Assembly (NCBI GenBank): GCA_030599585.1
Contig: JAUVNS010000011.1
Span: 64,001-128,000, forward strand
Length of the DNA stretch: 64,000 nt
Source of the DNA: Promethearchaeota archaeon
GTDB taxonomy: Archaea; Asgardarchaeota; Lokiarchaeia; Sigyniarchaeales; SOKP01
Direction: 5' to 3'
Under the pieces are notes generated by a model. It worked only from the letters and a program-made list of their open reading frames with translations, ran no database searches and was not told where the DNA came from. A program made the translations under genes and the position numbers. Below, piece by piece: positions 19,716-29,389 of the stretch (its first letter is position 1; every line of letters begins with the position of its first letter).

Positions 19716-20120
19716 TTATTTAGTCTTTAAATCCCTTGAAGGATGTTTATCGAGATATATTTTTATTACAGACATCAAACCGTTACCAATTCCTCCACCA
19801 ATAGCCCCAAATATAGCTGCTGAAAGTAAAACGAGTATTAAAAATATCCATCCAGAATCTCCTCCAAAGATTAACTCTCCAAATTGATCAAGTAAAAAAT
19901 AGACATTTCGTGTAATCAACCCAACTATAACATATATTCCCCATGAGAGAGAGACTCCACAAAAACCACTTAAGATCCCGCGTTTTAACGATTTATTAAG
20001 CATTCCTGCAATAATCCCAGGTATTATCACTAACTGCCAAACTGGAATTACAGTTAGTAACATTGTTAGGCATGAAACCGCTATTATACTTATGTAAAAC
20101 TTTCTATTTTCAATTTCCAT
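19716..20120 (-). CDS. Small Gly-rich multi-pass membrane protein
   Basis: 3-4 hydrophobic segments; start moved to the ATG at 20120 (MEIENRK), just after the upstream stop codon. Confidence 0.65.
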   Translation of the reverse strand: MEIENRKFYISIIAVSCLTMLLTVIPVWQLVIIPGIIAGMLNKSLKRGILSGFCGVSLSWGIYVIVGLITRNVYFLLDQFGELIFGGDSGWIFLILVLLSAAIFGAIGGGIGNGLMSVIKIYLDKHPSRDLKTK

Positions 20121-20124
20121 GCCA

Positions 20125-22707
20125 TTAACCTCCAACTGGAAAGAAATATAATTTAGATTCAATTGAACTAGTAGGAAAGTTGTATAATGTGTTTGAGAAA
20201 TATTGATAATGATATTTACCCTGTAAGAAAAGTTGTTCTAGTTGATCTGAATAGTGTTTTGAGTTTGAAAGTCCTCGTTGTCCTGATGGAATGACGCTTA
20301 AAGAATTATTTAAGTCGCTAAAATCTATAATTAGTCGCTCAGACGCACCGCCTCTTGCGTATCCAACTCCATTTTTTATATTGACCCCCGATGGATTGAT
20401 CGTATACCCCTCTCCATCGGCTTCATAAGGACCTTTACTTAAGAAATCTAACTGAGTAAGAGAGGTGAAGTAAACTTGATGGAGATCTCCCCACCTCCAA
20501 GTTGTTGGATCATCTGAATTATAAAAATCTTCTAACCAATCAATAGTAGCATTTAATGCTTGCATCATTACATCGTCTCTTGTTTCATTTTCAGGCGTGG
20601 AGATATCATTGAACCAGTGGGATGATTCATTTTCTTTCATTAAATACTCTAATACAACAATTCTAGAGCGTATATTAATCTCATATAATGTGGATTCATC
20701 GTCAAACGTAAAATCTTGGAAGAAATCTCTCCATTTACGATATATTGTTGGTGCGCTTTCTTCCTTGTCCATTATAAAACCCCAGCTTTCTAATTCAACG
20801 AGAACATTATTGATTTTCGTGGGAATTGTAGGACTGTAATAATCGTGAGTAACTTCAATTAACTCGGGAATGAACGCCCTCGCTGCAGTTGAGTTCACAT
20901 CGTTTTGAATATTTTTCATAGTCTCTACACTTACAGACCCATCAACAGCATTCATAAGCAGTTCATTTATTCTTCTTGCTCTATACCCATTTGCATATTC
21001 GTTTTGTAAGAAATATTTCTTGTATTCTGGACCTGCGATAATTTGGTTTGCGGAAGCTAGATATTTTTGTGAGGGATTAAGAGAGTTAGGTAATTCTTCA
21101 AAGGGGATATATCCAACCCATTCACCTTCACCGTTTGAACCGTTATAGGGGAGTGATCCGTTCCCTAAATGCCCTGGAGGTATTTTAGAATCGTCTCTAA
21201 TTGGCACTTTTCCTGTTGGTCTAATAGCAATATTTCCATCTACATCCGCGTATACGATATTTTGAGCAAGAAGAGTCCAGTATTTTGACCCCTCGTCAAA
21301 TTCTGCTCTATTATTAGCCCGATCAAATCCATTTCCAGCAAGAATATTAAAAAAATAACCGTTAGCAGTCCACTTTGGTGCCAAAACAATGTCTCCTAGA
21401 GAGGATGTCAGACCCGAATTAATTAAATCATTGAAGACAGGCCCGTGAACTGTATAGTTAACTACGAACTGTATTGTCTCTTGATCTTTAACTTTTATGT
21501 TATAAGTTTTTTGTGTATAAGCTGTCGACACCCCGTCGTAAATATAATTATTTGGTCCATCCTTATTATAATAATACCAATCTATAACATCATATCCCGT
21601 ATTTGTGAACCCCCAACCTACCCTTTCATTATGCCCTACAGCAACACCGGGCATCCCAGGTATTATAAAACCATAAACATGAAATCCTGTATCTTCAGCT
21701 TTTAAATGTTGCTCATACCATACACCCGGCATCAACCAAGCAAGATGCATATCGTTACAGAGGATTGGAGCCCCAGTATTACTCAAAGTACCGTTAACAA
21801 CCCAATTATTTGATCCGATTATTTGCTCTTTATTGTTCTCCATTAAGGTTTTCTCTGAATCAATTTCTTGAATATTTTCTAGAAAGGTTATTATTTCTGA
21901 TTTTAAAGCAGCATTTGGTTTCAAATCAATTCCTGCCTTCATAGGGCTTTCAGGGAAATCCCCGTAATCGGGAACTATTGGAATTTGATAAGGTAAAGGT
22001 TCTCCAAAAAGCTCGTTATAATATGTATAATTTAAGGATTGCAAAGTAACATATCTTTCTAAATCATGATTATTCCAAGACATTTGTCTTGCCATTTCCT
22101 GTACTAAACACAATGTGTCAACAGTCGTCCATTTAGTAGGTTTGAAATCCATTAAATGGTATTCTAATGGTATAAAATCGTTATGGGATTCAATGTAGAA
22201 ATTTATTCCATCAACATACCTTTCAAATGAACTAAAAAACTCAAGCGTTCCATTATCGTGCATTTTCCGTAATAATTCGTCAGTCTTAATAGCGGAATCC
22301 ACCATACCCCTCGCAAGCATGATTTTATCACTGGATAACATACTCTCTCCTACAATCTCTGACATTCTTCCTTGCACTTGACGACGCCACATATCCATTT
22401 GAAACAACCTATCTTGAGCGTGACAATAACCTTGAGCAAAAAAAAGGTCTTCTTCGTATTCGGCAAAAATATGAGGTATCCCCCAATCATCCCTAATAAC
22501 AGTAACCTCCCCTCTTAACCCTGCTACATTTAACCTTTCTGCTGTTGGAAGCTCTCCCGGAACTTTCCATACTCCGTTTCCCGGAAATAAGAGGCTTCCT
22601 AATGGGGGGATGCCCATTAAGGGCAGTGAAAAAATAGTCATAACGATTATTGCGAGTGGTACAAAAATAGTTAATTTTATTACAGCTTTCTTTACAAGAT
22701 TTCTCAT
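20125..22707 (-). CDS. Penicillin acylase / AHL-acylase family Ntn-hydrolase (S45), membrane-anchored
   Basis: RDDWGIPHIFA, AQGYCHAQDRLFQMD, nucleophile motif GSNNWVV, NDMHL, SANQ, WRWGDLH, PSGQ. Confidence 0.93.
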   Translation of the reverse strand: MRNLVKKAVIKLTIFVPLAIIVMTIFSLPLMGIPPLGSLLFPGNGVWKVPGELPTAERLNVAGLRGEVTVIRDDWGIPHIFAEYEEDLFFAQGYCHAQDRLFQMDMWRRQVQGRMSEIVGESMLSSDKIMLARGMVDSAIKTDELLRKMHDNGTLEFFSSFERYVDGINFYIESHNDFIPLEYHLMDFKPTKWTTVDTLCLVQEMARQMSWNNHDLERYVTLQSLNYTYYNELFGEPLPYQIPIVPDYGDFPESPMKAGIDLKPNAALKSEIITFLENIQEIDSEKTLMENNKEQIIGSNNWVVNGTLSNTGAPILCNDMHLAWLMPGVWYEQHLKAEDTGFHVYGFIIPGMPGVAVGHNERVGWGFTNTGYDVIDWYYYNKDGPNNYIYDGVSTAYTQKTYNIKVKDQETIQFVVNYTVHGPVFNDLINSGLTSSLGDIVLAPKWTANGYFFNILAGNGFDRANNRAEFDEGSKYWTLLAQNIVYADVDGNIAIRPTGKVPIRDDSKIPPGHLGNGSLPYNGSNGEGEWVGYIPFEELPNSLNPSQKYLASANQIIAGPEYKKYFLQNEYANGYRARRINELLMNAVDGSVSVETMKNIQNDVNSTAARAFIPELIEVTHDYYSPTIPTKINNVLVELESWGFIMDKEESAPTIYRKWRDFFQDFTFDDESTLYEINIRSRIVVLEYLMKENESSHWFNDISTPENETRDDVMMQALNATIDWLEDFYNSDDPTTWRWGDLHQVYFTSLTQLDFLSKGPYEADGEGYTINPSGVNIKNGVGYARGGASERLIIDFSDLNNSLSVIPSGQRGLSNSKHYSDQLEQLFLQGKYHYQYFSNTLYNFPTSSIESKLYFFPVGG

Positions 22708-22955
22708 TATAAAACCTTTATAATTATAATAATATTAATCGAATTTTTTATAATAAATTCTAATATAATTCTATGTCAATTTGCTTTATAAAATATCTTT
22801 TTTTTGAAAATTAAGGGTGTTTTAAATAAAAATAATATCCAACTCTCTATTAAGACAAGAGAGAAATTTTAATCAAGAAGTAATTATAAATACAAAAACC
22901 ACAATATAATATATTAAATTTAAATAAAACTTAAAAAAAAAAATGGTTTTAAAAA

Positions 22956-23669
22956 ATGGCACTTCCTACTTCTTGGACATTTTGGTTAGAGGGATTAACA
23001 GCATCAAGCGTTATATCAGTTGGAATAATACTTGGTTTAATCTCTATTATTAAAGGTAGAAAATTAAAAGCAAAGCTTCTTACAGTTTTAGGATTAGCTA
23101 TCTTCTTTATAGGATTTTTGTACCTGGGACCAACTACAGACTTCTTAACTGTAATAATAACAGGCTCTAATATAACTAGTGAGTTTTGGGGTCTTGGTAT
23201 ATATGGGATCTTAAGCTATTTATGGATTGCTCCAGCTTTAATTATGGCAATGTATATTGGTGGAGAATTGATAATACCTAAAAGAAAATGGATACTTGTT
23301 ATTATTTACATGGTTTTAGGTATAATATTCGAATATTTTCTATGGTTTCAGACTGATAATACATTTGTTATAGATTTAATACCAGGAGAGATAATTGATT
23401 CTAGTTTTGTAACATTATATCCCACTTTTCTATTAATGGCACTTTTTATCCTTTCAATCCTAATATTTCATGGAATTGGTTTTTTAATAAAGGCTATAAA
23501 ATCAACAGGGGTACTAAGAAAAAAGTTCTTACTATTAGGAATTGGATTTATAATATTCTCAATTGCCGGTGCGGGTGATTCCTTAGTTAATCCTGGAATT
23601 GGTTTAGTTATTGTAAGATTAGCAATGATAAGTAGTATAGTATTGATGTATTTAGGATTAAAAGCTTAA
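22956..23669 (+). CDS. 7-TM hypothetical membrane protein
   Basis: Seven hydrophobic segments; no soluble output domain. Confidence 0.7.
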   Translation: MALPTSWTFWLEGLTASSVISVGIILGLISIIKGRKLKAKLLTVLGLAIFFIGFLYLGPTTDFLTVIITGSNITSEFWGLGIYGILSYLWIAPALIMAMYIGGELIIPKRKWILVIIYMVLGIIFEYFLWFQTDNTFVIDLIPGEIIDSSFVTLYPTFLLMALFILSILIFHGIGFLIKAIKSTGVLRKKFLLLGIGFIIFSIAGAGDSLVNPGIGLVIVRLAMISSIVLMYLGLKA

Positions 23670-23682
23670 TTTATTTTTTTTT

Positions 23683-25158
23683 TTATTTTCTTATCTCTTG
23701 AACATAATCAAAAATTGTATCAATCCTATCTTTTATACTCCCGAACAACCCTTCTTCTTCAGATATTACAGAATTAATAGCTGTTTTTAGGCCGTAATGA
23801 CCCTCAGAAATTAATACTCTAATTGGAAGCGTTAAAATATCGCTTAACAACATCAAGATTTCTTGAAAAATCTTAATGATTTTTGGGATGTTTTCTTCAG
23901 TTTTTTCCATCATAGATTGATCCGAAGAAATTAAACCGTTTTCTCTTTCCTTTCTTAATTCTTCCCAAACATTGTCTTTTAACTCTGAAAAGTCAATTCC
24001 TAAATTTTCAAGTGCCATTTGGGCTCCTTCAAAGAGAAAATTAAGATCATCTTTACCTGAGAATTGTCTTACATTCTCGACCATTTCTGCTGGAGCTAAG
24101 CCATCGAGAAAACTTATTAATAATTGATGATAATCGTTTATAACATCAATAGGGATGAATAATAACACAAATTCTCTTAGCTGTTTAAAAAGATACCCCG
24201 CTGTTTTAGCAAAGGTACTATTTTTCAATGTTTTTTCGATTAACCCCCCATATTCATTAAGTAGGTGAACTGCGAGATAACCAATGATTCTTAATAAGTC
24301 GTCCTCATAATTTCTGAAATAATCGAAAAAGTGTTCTGGTTCCATGTGTAATTTATCTTCAATGATCTCAGCAACTTTACTTTGAACACCTTCTAAGGGT
24401 TCATCAAGTAGTTCCTCAATTTTATCAAGAGATAAAACTTCTTGAAGTTTATCAATAATGTCTAACTTAGTTTCTTGAACAACATCTTCTTCTATAGATT
24501 CTTCAAATTTAACTCCAGATTTAATTTTATCTTGAATTCGAACGGAGCTTAGTTCTTTCCATTCCAGAGAATCATAAATTTTACACATAAACTGAAGATG
24601 TTCATCACCTTTCGCTAAGCACTTCTGTTCTACTATGTTAATTCTATAATCGCTTCTTTTTATTTTAAGTATGAAATTAGCAACACTTTCTAACATTCCC
24701 GTTAAACCGCACGCAAGACCTTCAGTATTTTTATTGTTTATTTCTTGAAAATTGAAAGTATCTTCAGCATCTACCCCATACCCAGCACAAAGCGGACAAC
24801 TTTTTATCGTTACAAGATAATCGTTATATTTAGAGCCTTCTTTAGGAAGTTCCTCGTAAGTTAAGTCTCCCTCTTCTAATTCTTTTCCAAAAACAACAAC
24901 CCATAAAAGTTCAAAATATTCAATTATTTTTCTTGGGCTCCCAGGCATCCATTTAAAAACAGCTGTGTGACGCTCACATGATTCTGTGGCAGCCTTCTTC
25001 CCGATCTCTCTAAGTATAATAATACTGTCCTCTTCATTTTTCGTAATTTTATTTATCTCTTTTAATGTTTCACGATAAAGAAGAACGTAAAATAATGAAG
25101 TAGTGTTTCTACCAAATACTTTAGTGATTTTTTTTAATAACCACTGAACTGCTCCCAT
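23683..25158 (-). CDS. V4R/Bet3-fold domain protein with a long C-terminal helical region
   Basis: LREIGKKAA...ELLWVVVFGK...KSCPLC...ACGLTGMLESV...IVEQKCLAKGDEHLQF is a V4R-type pattern. Confidence 0.65.
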   Translation of the reverse strand: MGAVQWLLKKITKVFGRNTTSLFYVLLYRETLKEINKITKNEEDSIIILREIGKKAATESCERHTAVFKWMPGSPRKIIEYFELLWVVVFGKELEEGDLTYEELPKEGSKYNDYLVTIKSCPLCAGYGVDAEDTFNFQEINNKNTEGLACGLTGMLESVANFILKIKRSDYRINIVEQKCLAKGDEHLQFMCKIYDSLEWKELSSVRIQDKIKSGVKFEESIEEDVVQETKLDIIDKLQEVLSLDKIEELLDEPLEGVQSKVAEIIEDKLHMEPEHFFDYFRNYEDDLLRIIGYLAVHLLNEYGGLIEKTLKNSTFAKTAGYLFKQLREFVLLFIPIDVINDYHQLLISFLDGLAPAEMVENVRQFSGKDDLNFLFEGAQMALENLGIDFSELKDNVWEELRKERENGLISSDQSMMEKTEENIPKIIKIFQEILMLLSDILTLPIRVLISEGHYGLKTAINSVISEEEGLFGSIKDRIDTIFDYVQEIRK

Positions 25159-25160
25159 TA

Positions 25161-25661
25161 TTAAACACCTCCCCCCTCAAATTTAAAGCTTTGAATACAA
25201 GATTTATGTCCAAATGTTCGAGATTCAAGAATGTTAAGTGGTTCTAGTATTAATGAAGATTTTTCTTTATTTATGTAAGTTATAAATTCTGATATCATCG
25301 CTGCAATAATTTCACAACCCGCAACATCGATATCATTTATATGATATTTGCACAATGAACAATCGTTGTCTTGAACGGTAATCGTTTTGTTAGGTTTATC
25401 GATTTCAATTGAAACTGAACTATTTAAGATATGTTTATAGATTGTAGTTATGACATCTCTCACATTTGATAAATTGATGTGATCTATCGGTTTCCAATAT
25501 TTTACATAAGTTCGGGCAATATTTCGTCCCATTCTCCTTAAATTTTCTCTTGTTTCTGACACACCGTTAATTTTCATAAACCGTTGTAGGTGATAAACCA
25601 TATTACGCATTTGATTCATTGTAGCATCTGACTGTATCAAATCTTCTCTGGTTAAGTTCAT
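25161..25661 (-). CDS. Single-domain V4R/Bet3 (TRAPP)-like protein
   Basis: LRRMGRNIA, IYKHIL, ITVQDNDCSLCK, GCEIIAAMISEF, ESRTFGHKSC. Confidence 0.6.
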   Translation of the reverse strand: MNLTREDLIQSDATMNQMRNMVYHLQRFMKINGVSETRENLRRMGRNIARTYVKYWKPIDHINLSNVRDVITTIYKHILNSSVSIEIDKPNKTITVQDNDCSLCKYHINDIDVAGCEIIAAMISEFITYINKEKSSLILEPLNILESRTFGHKSCIQSFKFEGGGV

Positions 25662-25836
25662 TCTTCACACACCATAGGGAAATGTAGTTGAATAATAAAT
25701 GAAAAATAAACATCATTATTAATATTTTCAATTCGAATCACATATGATTAGTATGTTTTTCAAGGTAAGATTATAATCTCGAAAATCATTTATAGATATG
25801 ACAATTTAAATTTCAAAAAAAATCGAGGTAAGAAAT

Positions 25837-26484
25837 TTGGATGCTCAAATGGAAATTTTTTGGTTAGGCCATGCCTGTTTTAAAATAAAAATGTTTAGCG
25901 GTAGGATTATCTATTTAGATCCTTATAACATTAAAGATGGAGAAGAAAAAGCTGATATTATAGTCTCGTCTCACACACATGGAGATCATTTTTCGAGATC
26001 GGATATTAAGAAGATTTGGGGAGATGATACGATTTTATTAGGTCCTGCTAGTATTGAAAGTAGTTTGAAAAAATTTAATGGACAAGCTTTAGAAATCGGT
26101 GAAGTGTTCGCTTATAAAGATTTTGCCATAGAGCTTTTTCCAGCATATACAATTGAGAAAAGTACCCATCCTAAAAGCAATAATTGGACGGGAACCATAA
26201 TAGAATCAGCAGGTAAAAGTATTTATCATGCCGGTGATACTGAAAGAATCCCAGAAATGAAAGATCTAAAAAAAAGAAACATAACTGTCGCACTACTTCC
26301 ATGCGGAGGAACTTATACTATGGATTTCGAAGAAGCTTCTGATGCTGCTGTAGATATCCAACCTGAAATAGTTGTACCAATGCACAATTGGGAAAAAGAT
26401 TTAAATTCATTTAAAGACATTATGGCGAAGAAAGATTCTAAGATAAAGGTAGAAATTTTAACGGAAAAATTCTTGAAAATTTAA
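25837..26484 (+). CDS. Metallo-beta-lactamase-fold hydrolase (UPF0173-like)
   Basis: WLGHACF, SHTHGDH, IYHAGDT, LLPCGG, VVPMH. Confidence 0.9.
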   Translation: MDAQMEIFWLGHACFKIKMFSGRIIYLDPYNIKDGEEKADIIVSSHTHGDHFSRSDIKKIWGDDTILLGPASIESSLKKFNGQALEIGEVFAYKDFAIELFPAYTIEKSTHPKSNNWTGTIIESAGKSIYHAGDTERIPEMKDLKKRNITVALLPCGGTYTMDFEEASDAAVDIQPEIVVPMHNWEKDLNSFKDIMAKKDSKIKVEILTEKFLKI

Positions 26485-26554
26485 AGTTTTATTTTTTTAT
26501 TTTTCCTTAAAGCTAAAAGATATTTTGATTATTAGTTTATAAAAATAATTTAAA

Positions 26555-27166
26555 ATGAGATTGCATATGAAATTGTATAGTGTCGGTGTAAGGGGAGGGT
26601 TAAAAAAGATAAATAAAGCCGATTTTAAAGAAAATGAAGTTTTTTTAATTGATGATTCTAAAACAATGTATTTATGGTTTGGATCAAATATACCTAAAAA
26701 GAGAAGGGAAATATCATTAAATAAAGCGAAACTATTGAACAGCAAAAAGGAAAACAATGTTAATATTCAAAAAGTTGTTCAAAATAAAGAATTTGGAGCA
26801 TTTATAGCTATTAAAGATCTCTTACGGAAAGGCATAAACCCTAGGAAAAATTTAGATAGAAGACCAGAATTAGAAATAAAATATGACGAGACTGTAGAGC
26901 TTGTTGATGCAGGATTAGATCCCGATTTAGAAGCAGAAATCACTCTTGCAACACATAAGCTCTCTCAAGAAAAAAAATCTTATAAACAATTATGTAGATT
27001 GTTAGCCCAATTGCAGCTTGATTTAATAAAAGGCTCAAAAAGTACTTTAAAGAAGGATCTAGAGAAAAAAACGCTAGAAATCTTTAAATCTTCTTCCACA
27101 TATGAAGAAGTATGTTGGCTAATAGCTCAATTAAAAGTAATTAAAAATAAACATTCTTTCTCGTAA
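26555..27166 (+). CDS. Gelsolin-domain protein with a C-terminal helical domain (1DGelX-like)
   Basis: FKENEVFLIDDSKTMYLWFGS...VVQNKEFGAF matches the gelsolin-repeat consensus; followed by a helical region of about 100 aa. Confidence 0.75.
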   Translation: MRLHMKLYSVGVRGGLKKINKADFKENEVFLIDDSKTMYLWFGSNIPKKRREISLNKAKLLNSKKENNVNIQKVVQNKEFGAFIAIKDLLRKGINPRKNLDRRPELEIKYDETVELVDAGLDPDLEAEITLATHKLSQEKKSYKQLCRLLAQLQLDLIKGSKSTLKKDLEKKTLEIFKSSSTYEEVCWLIAQLKVIKNKHSFS

Positions 27167-27388
27167 TATTTACTAAAAATTCCGCGAATATTATTATTCA
27201 GCGTAGTAGAATTGATTTTTTCTCAATTATTTTAGCTGTGAAAAAAAAAACACGACTTTTCTCAGATGTAAATTAATGTTTTATAATTGATATTAATAAA
27301 AGCAATTAAATATTTATTTTGACTAATATTAAACATACACACTTACAATCTACTTTTAAAAATATTGAAATTGTCAAATTGATTAATC

Positions 27389-27748
27389 ATGACGAGAATC
27401 GAAGAACTGGCAGATTTTGGGATCGAAATTGCTGACAGTATGAAGGAAGGATATGTGATCATAGATGTTTTTACAGAATGGTGCGGTCCATGCAAATTTC
27501 TGAGTCCAATTTTGGAGAAACTTAAGGATGAAGGCCTATTTAGGCTTATTAAAATTGATCTTGACAAAAATAGACCCTTGGGTAATAGATTTGGTATAAC
27601 TGCTATTCCAACTCTTCTTTTCTTCAAAAATGGAGATTTATTTGATGGAATTATTGAAATTCAAGGCCAACCGCTTGTTAAGAACGGTATAATGATTGGA
27701 GCGGGAAATGAAAGTACTATTAGAGAAATAGTTGGAAAAATGAATTAA
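27389..27748 (+). CDS. trxA: Thioredoxin
   Basis: DVFTEWCGPCK, FGITAIPTLLFFKNG. Confidence 0.92.
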   Translation: MTRIEELADFGIEIADSMKEGYVIIDVFTEWCGPCKFLSPILEKLKDEGLFRLIKIDLDKNRPLGNRFGITAIPTLLFFKNGDLFDGIIEIQGQPLVKNGIMIGAGNESTIREIVGKMN

Positions 27749-27926
27749 GATAGTATTGTCTTATTTACAATTACAGCATCCAAAAAACTCCAATAACATA
27801 TTTAGAATTTTTTTTATTTATTGATCTTAAAATGGATAAAAACAATTCTTTTTAGATAGTATCTACTTGCCTAATATTTTTTGAGTGTGTACTAAAAAGA
27901 TATGATTAAAATTTAAAGATAGATTT

Positions 27927-28466
27927 ATGATAGTAAGTAACAATAAAACTAAATCAACGATTATGGCAACAATAGATTTTGAATTTCGAAATCAAATTAT
28001 CCAATCCGATATTGGTAATACGCTAGCTTATTGCTATCAATGTGCTACTTGTAGTGGAGCGTGTCCTGTAGCACAGATAACAAATGGACGATATAATCCT
28101 AGAAGACTAATTTTAGATGCACTTCTTGGCTTAAAAGAGAAAATTTTTGGTAAAGAAAATGCTTTTAATATATGGGGATGCACAGTATGTGATACCTGCG
28201 ATGAAGTTTGTCCACAAAAAGTGGAACTTACAGAAATTTTTACCATTTTAAAAAATCTTAGCGTTGAAAAAGGTGAAGCACCAGACTACTATACAACGCA
28301 AGCTTCCGCTATTTTAGAAAGTGGTAAAGCCATCCCAATGCAACCTGCGATAGAAAGAAGAAGAGATCAACTCGGATTGCCAAAAGTTATGCCTCCAGAT
28401 GTAGATGAAGTAAAAAAACTTCTAAAAGCTACCAAATTAGCAGAAAAAATTAGAAAAGAAGAATAA
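27927..28466 (+). CDS. hdrC: Heterodisulfide reductase subunit C-like 2x[4Fe-4S] protein
   Basis: CYQCATCSGACP and IWGCTVCDTCDEVCPQ; YNPRRLI; RRDQLGLP. The start may instead be the later ATG (MATIDF). Confidence 0.85.
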   Translation: MIVSNNKTKSTIMATIDFEFRNQIIQSDIGNTLAYCYQCATCSGACPVAQITNGRYNPRRLILDALLGLKEKIFGKENAFNIWGCTVCDTCDEVCPQKVELTEIFTILKNLSVEKGEAPDYYTTQASAILESGKAIPMQPAIERRRDQLGLPKVMPPDVDEVKKLLKATKLAEKIRKEE

Positions 28467-28595
28467 ACTTCTTCATTACTCTTTTTTATAAAAATTTTCG
28501 GGGAATTAACATCCCCTAATAATAATGAAGCTTAAATTGAAATAGTAAATGAGCTTTATCTAGAGTATATAAAAATATTGATAGGTGAATTTTGA

Positions 28596-29366
28596 ATGAG
28601 AAGACCAATAATCGGTGGGAATTGGAAGATGAATAAAGGTTTACCTTCTGAAGCCACAGATATGCTAAAAAAGTTGATTCCTCTTGTGAAAAACATAGAT
28701 AACATTGATATAGTAATTGCTCCACCTTATACAACCTTAATACCGGTGATTAACCTCACTAAAAATACGAATATAATGATAGCAGCACAAAATATGTATT
28801 TCGAGGAAAAGGGTGCTTTTACTGGTGAAATCTCCCCTATATTCTTGAAAGAATTAGGATGTAGCTATGTTATTTTGGGTCATAGTGAAAGAAGAGATAT
28901 TCTCAAAGAAACCGATGAAATCATAAATAAAAAAGTAAAAAAGGCTTTGAATTTTAACCTGAATCCTATTGTATGTATTGGAGAGCATTTAATTGAGAGA
29001 GAAGCAAATAAAGCAAAGGAGTTTATAGAAAAACAATTTAGAATTTCATTCAAAGACTTGAGTGATGAAGAATTGCAAAAAACTGTTATAGCTTATGAGC
29101 CAATTTGGGCGATAGGGACGGGAAGAACTGCTACTCCAGAACAAGCTGAAGAAATTCATATATTTATACGTGATTTGATTGCAAGTAGTTATAATAGTAA
29201 AACTGCAAAAGTTGTAAGAATCCAATATGGGGGCTCTATAAAACCTAGTAATGCTAAATATATTTTCAAAAAGGAAAACATCGATGGCGGTTTAGTTGGG
29301 GGCGCTTCGCTTCAAGCGGAATCATTTAGTGAAATTGTTAAAGCTGCAAATGATTCTCCTTTTTAA
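28596..29366 (+). CDS. tpiA: Triosephosphate isomerase (bacterial/eukaryotic type)
   Basis: GGNWKMN, ILGHSERR, AYEPIWAIGTG, YGGS, DGGLVGGASL. Confidence 0.97.
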   Translation: MRRPIIGGNWKMNKGLPSEATDMLKKLIPLVKNIDNIDIVIAPPYTTLIPVINLTKNTNIMIAAQNMYFEEKGAFTGEISPIFLKELGCSYVILGHSERRDILKETDEIINKKVKKALNFNLNPIVCIGEHLIEREANKAKEFIEKQFRISFKDLSDEELQKTVIAYEPIWAIGTGRTATPEQAEEIHIFIRDLIASSYNSKTAKVVRIQYGGSIKPSNAKYIFKKENIDGGLVGGASLQAESFSEIVKAANDSPF

Positions 29367-29389
29367 TATCTAATACACTTTTGTTTAAT

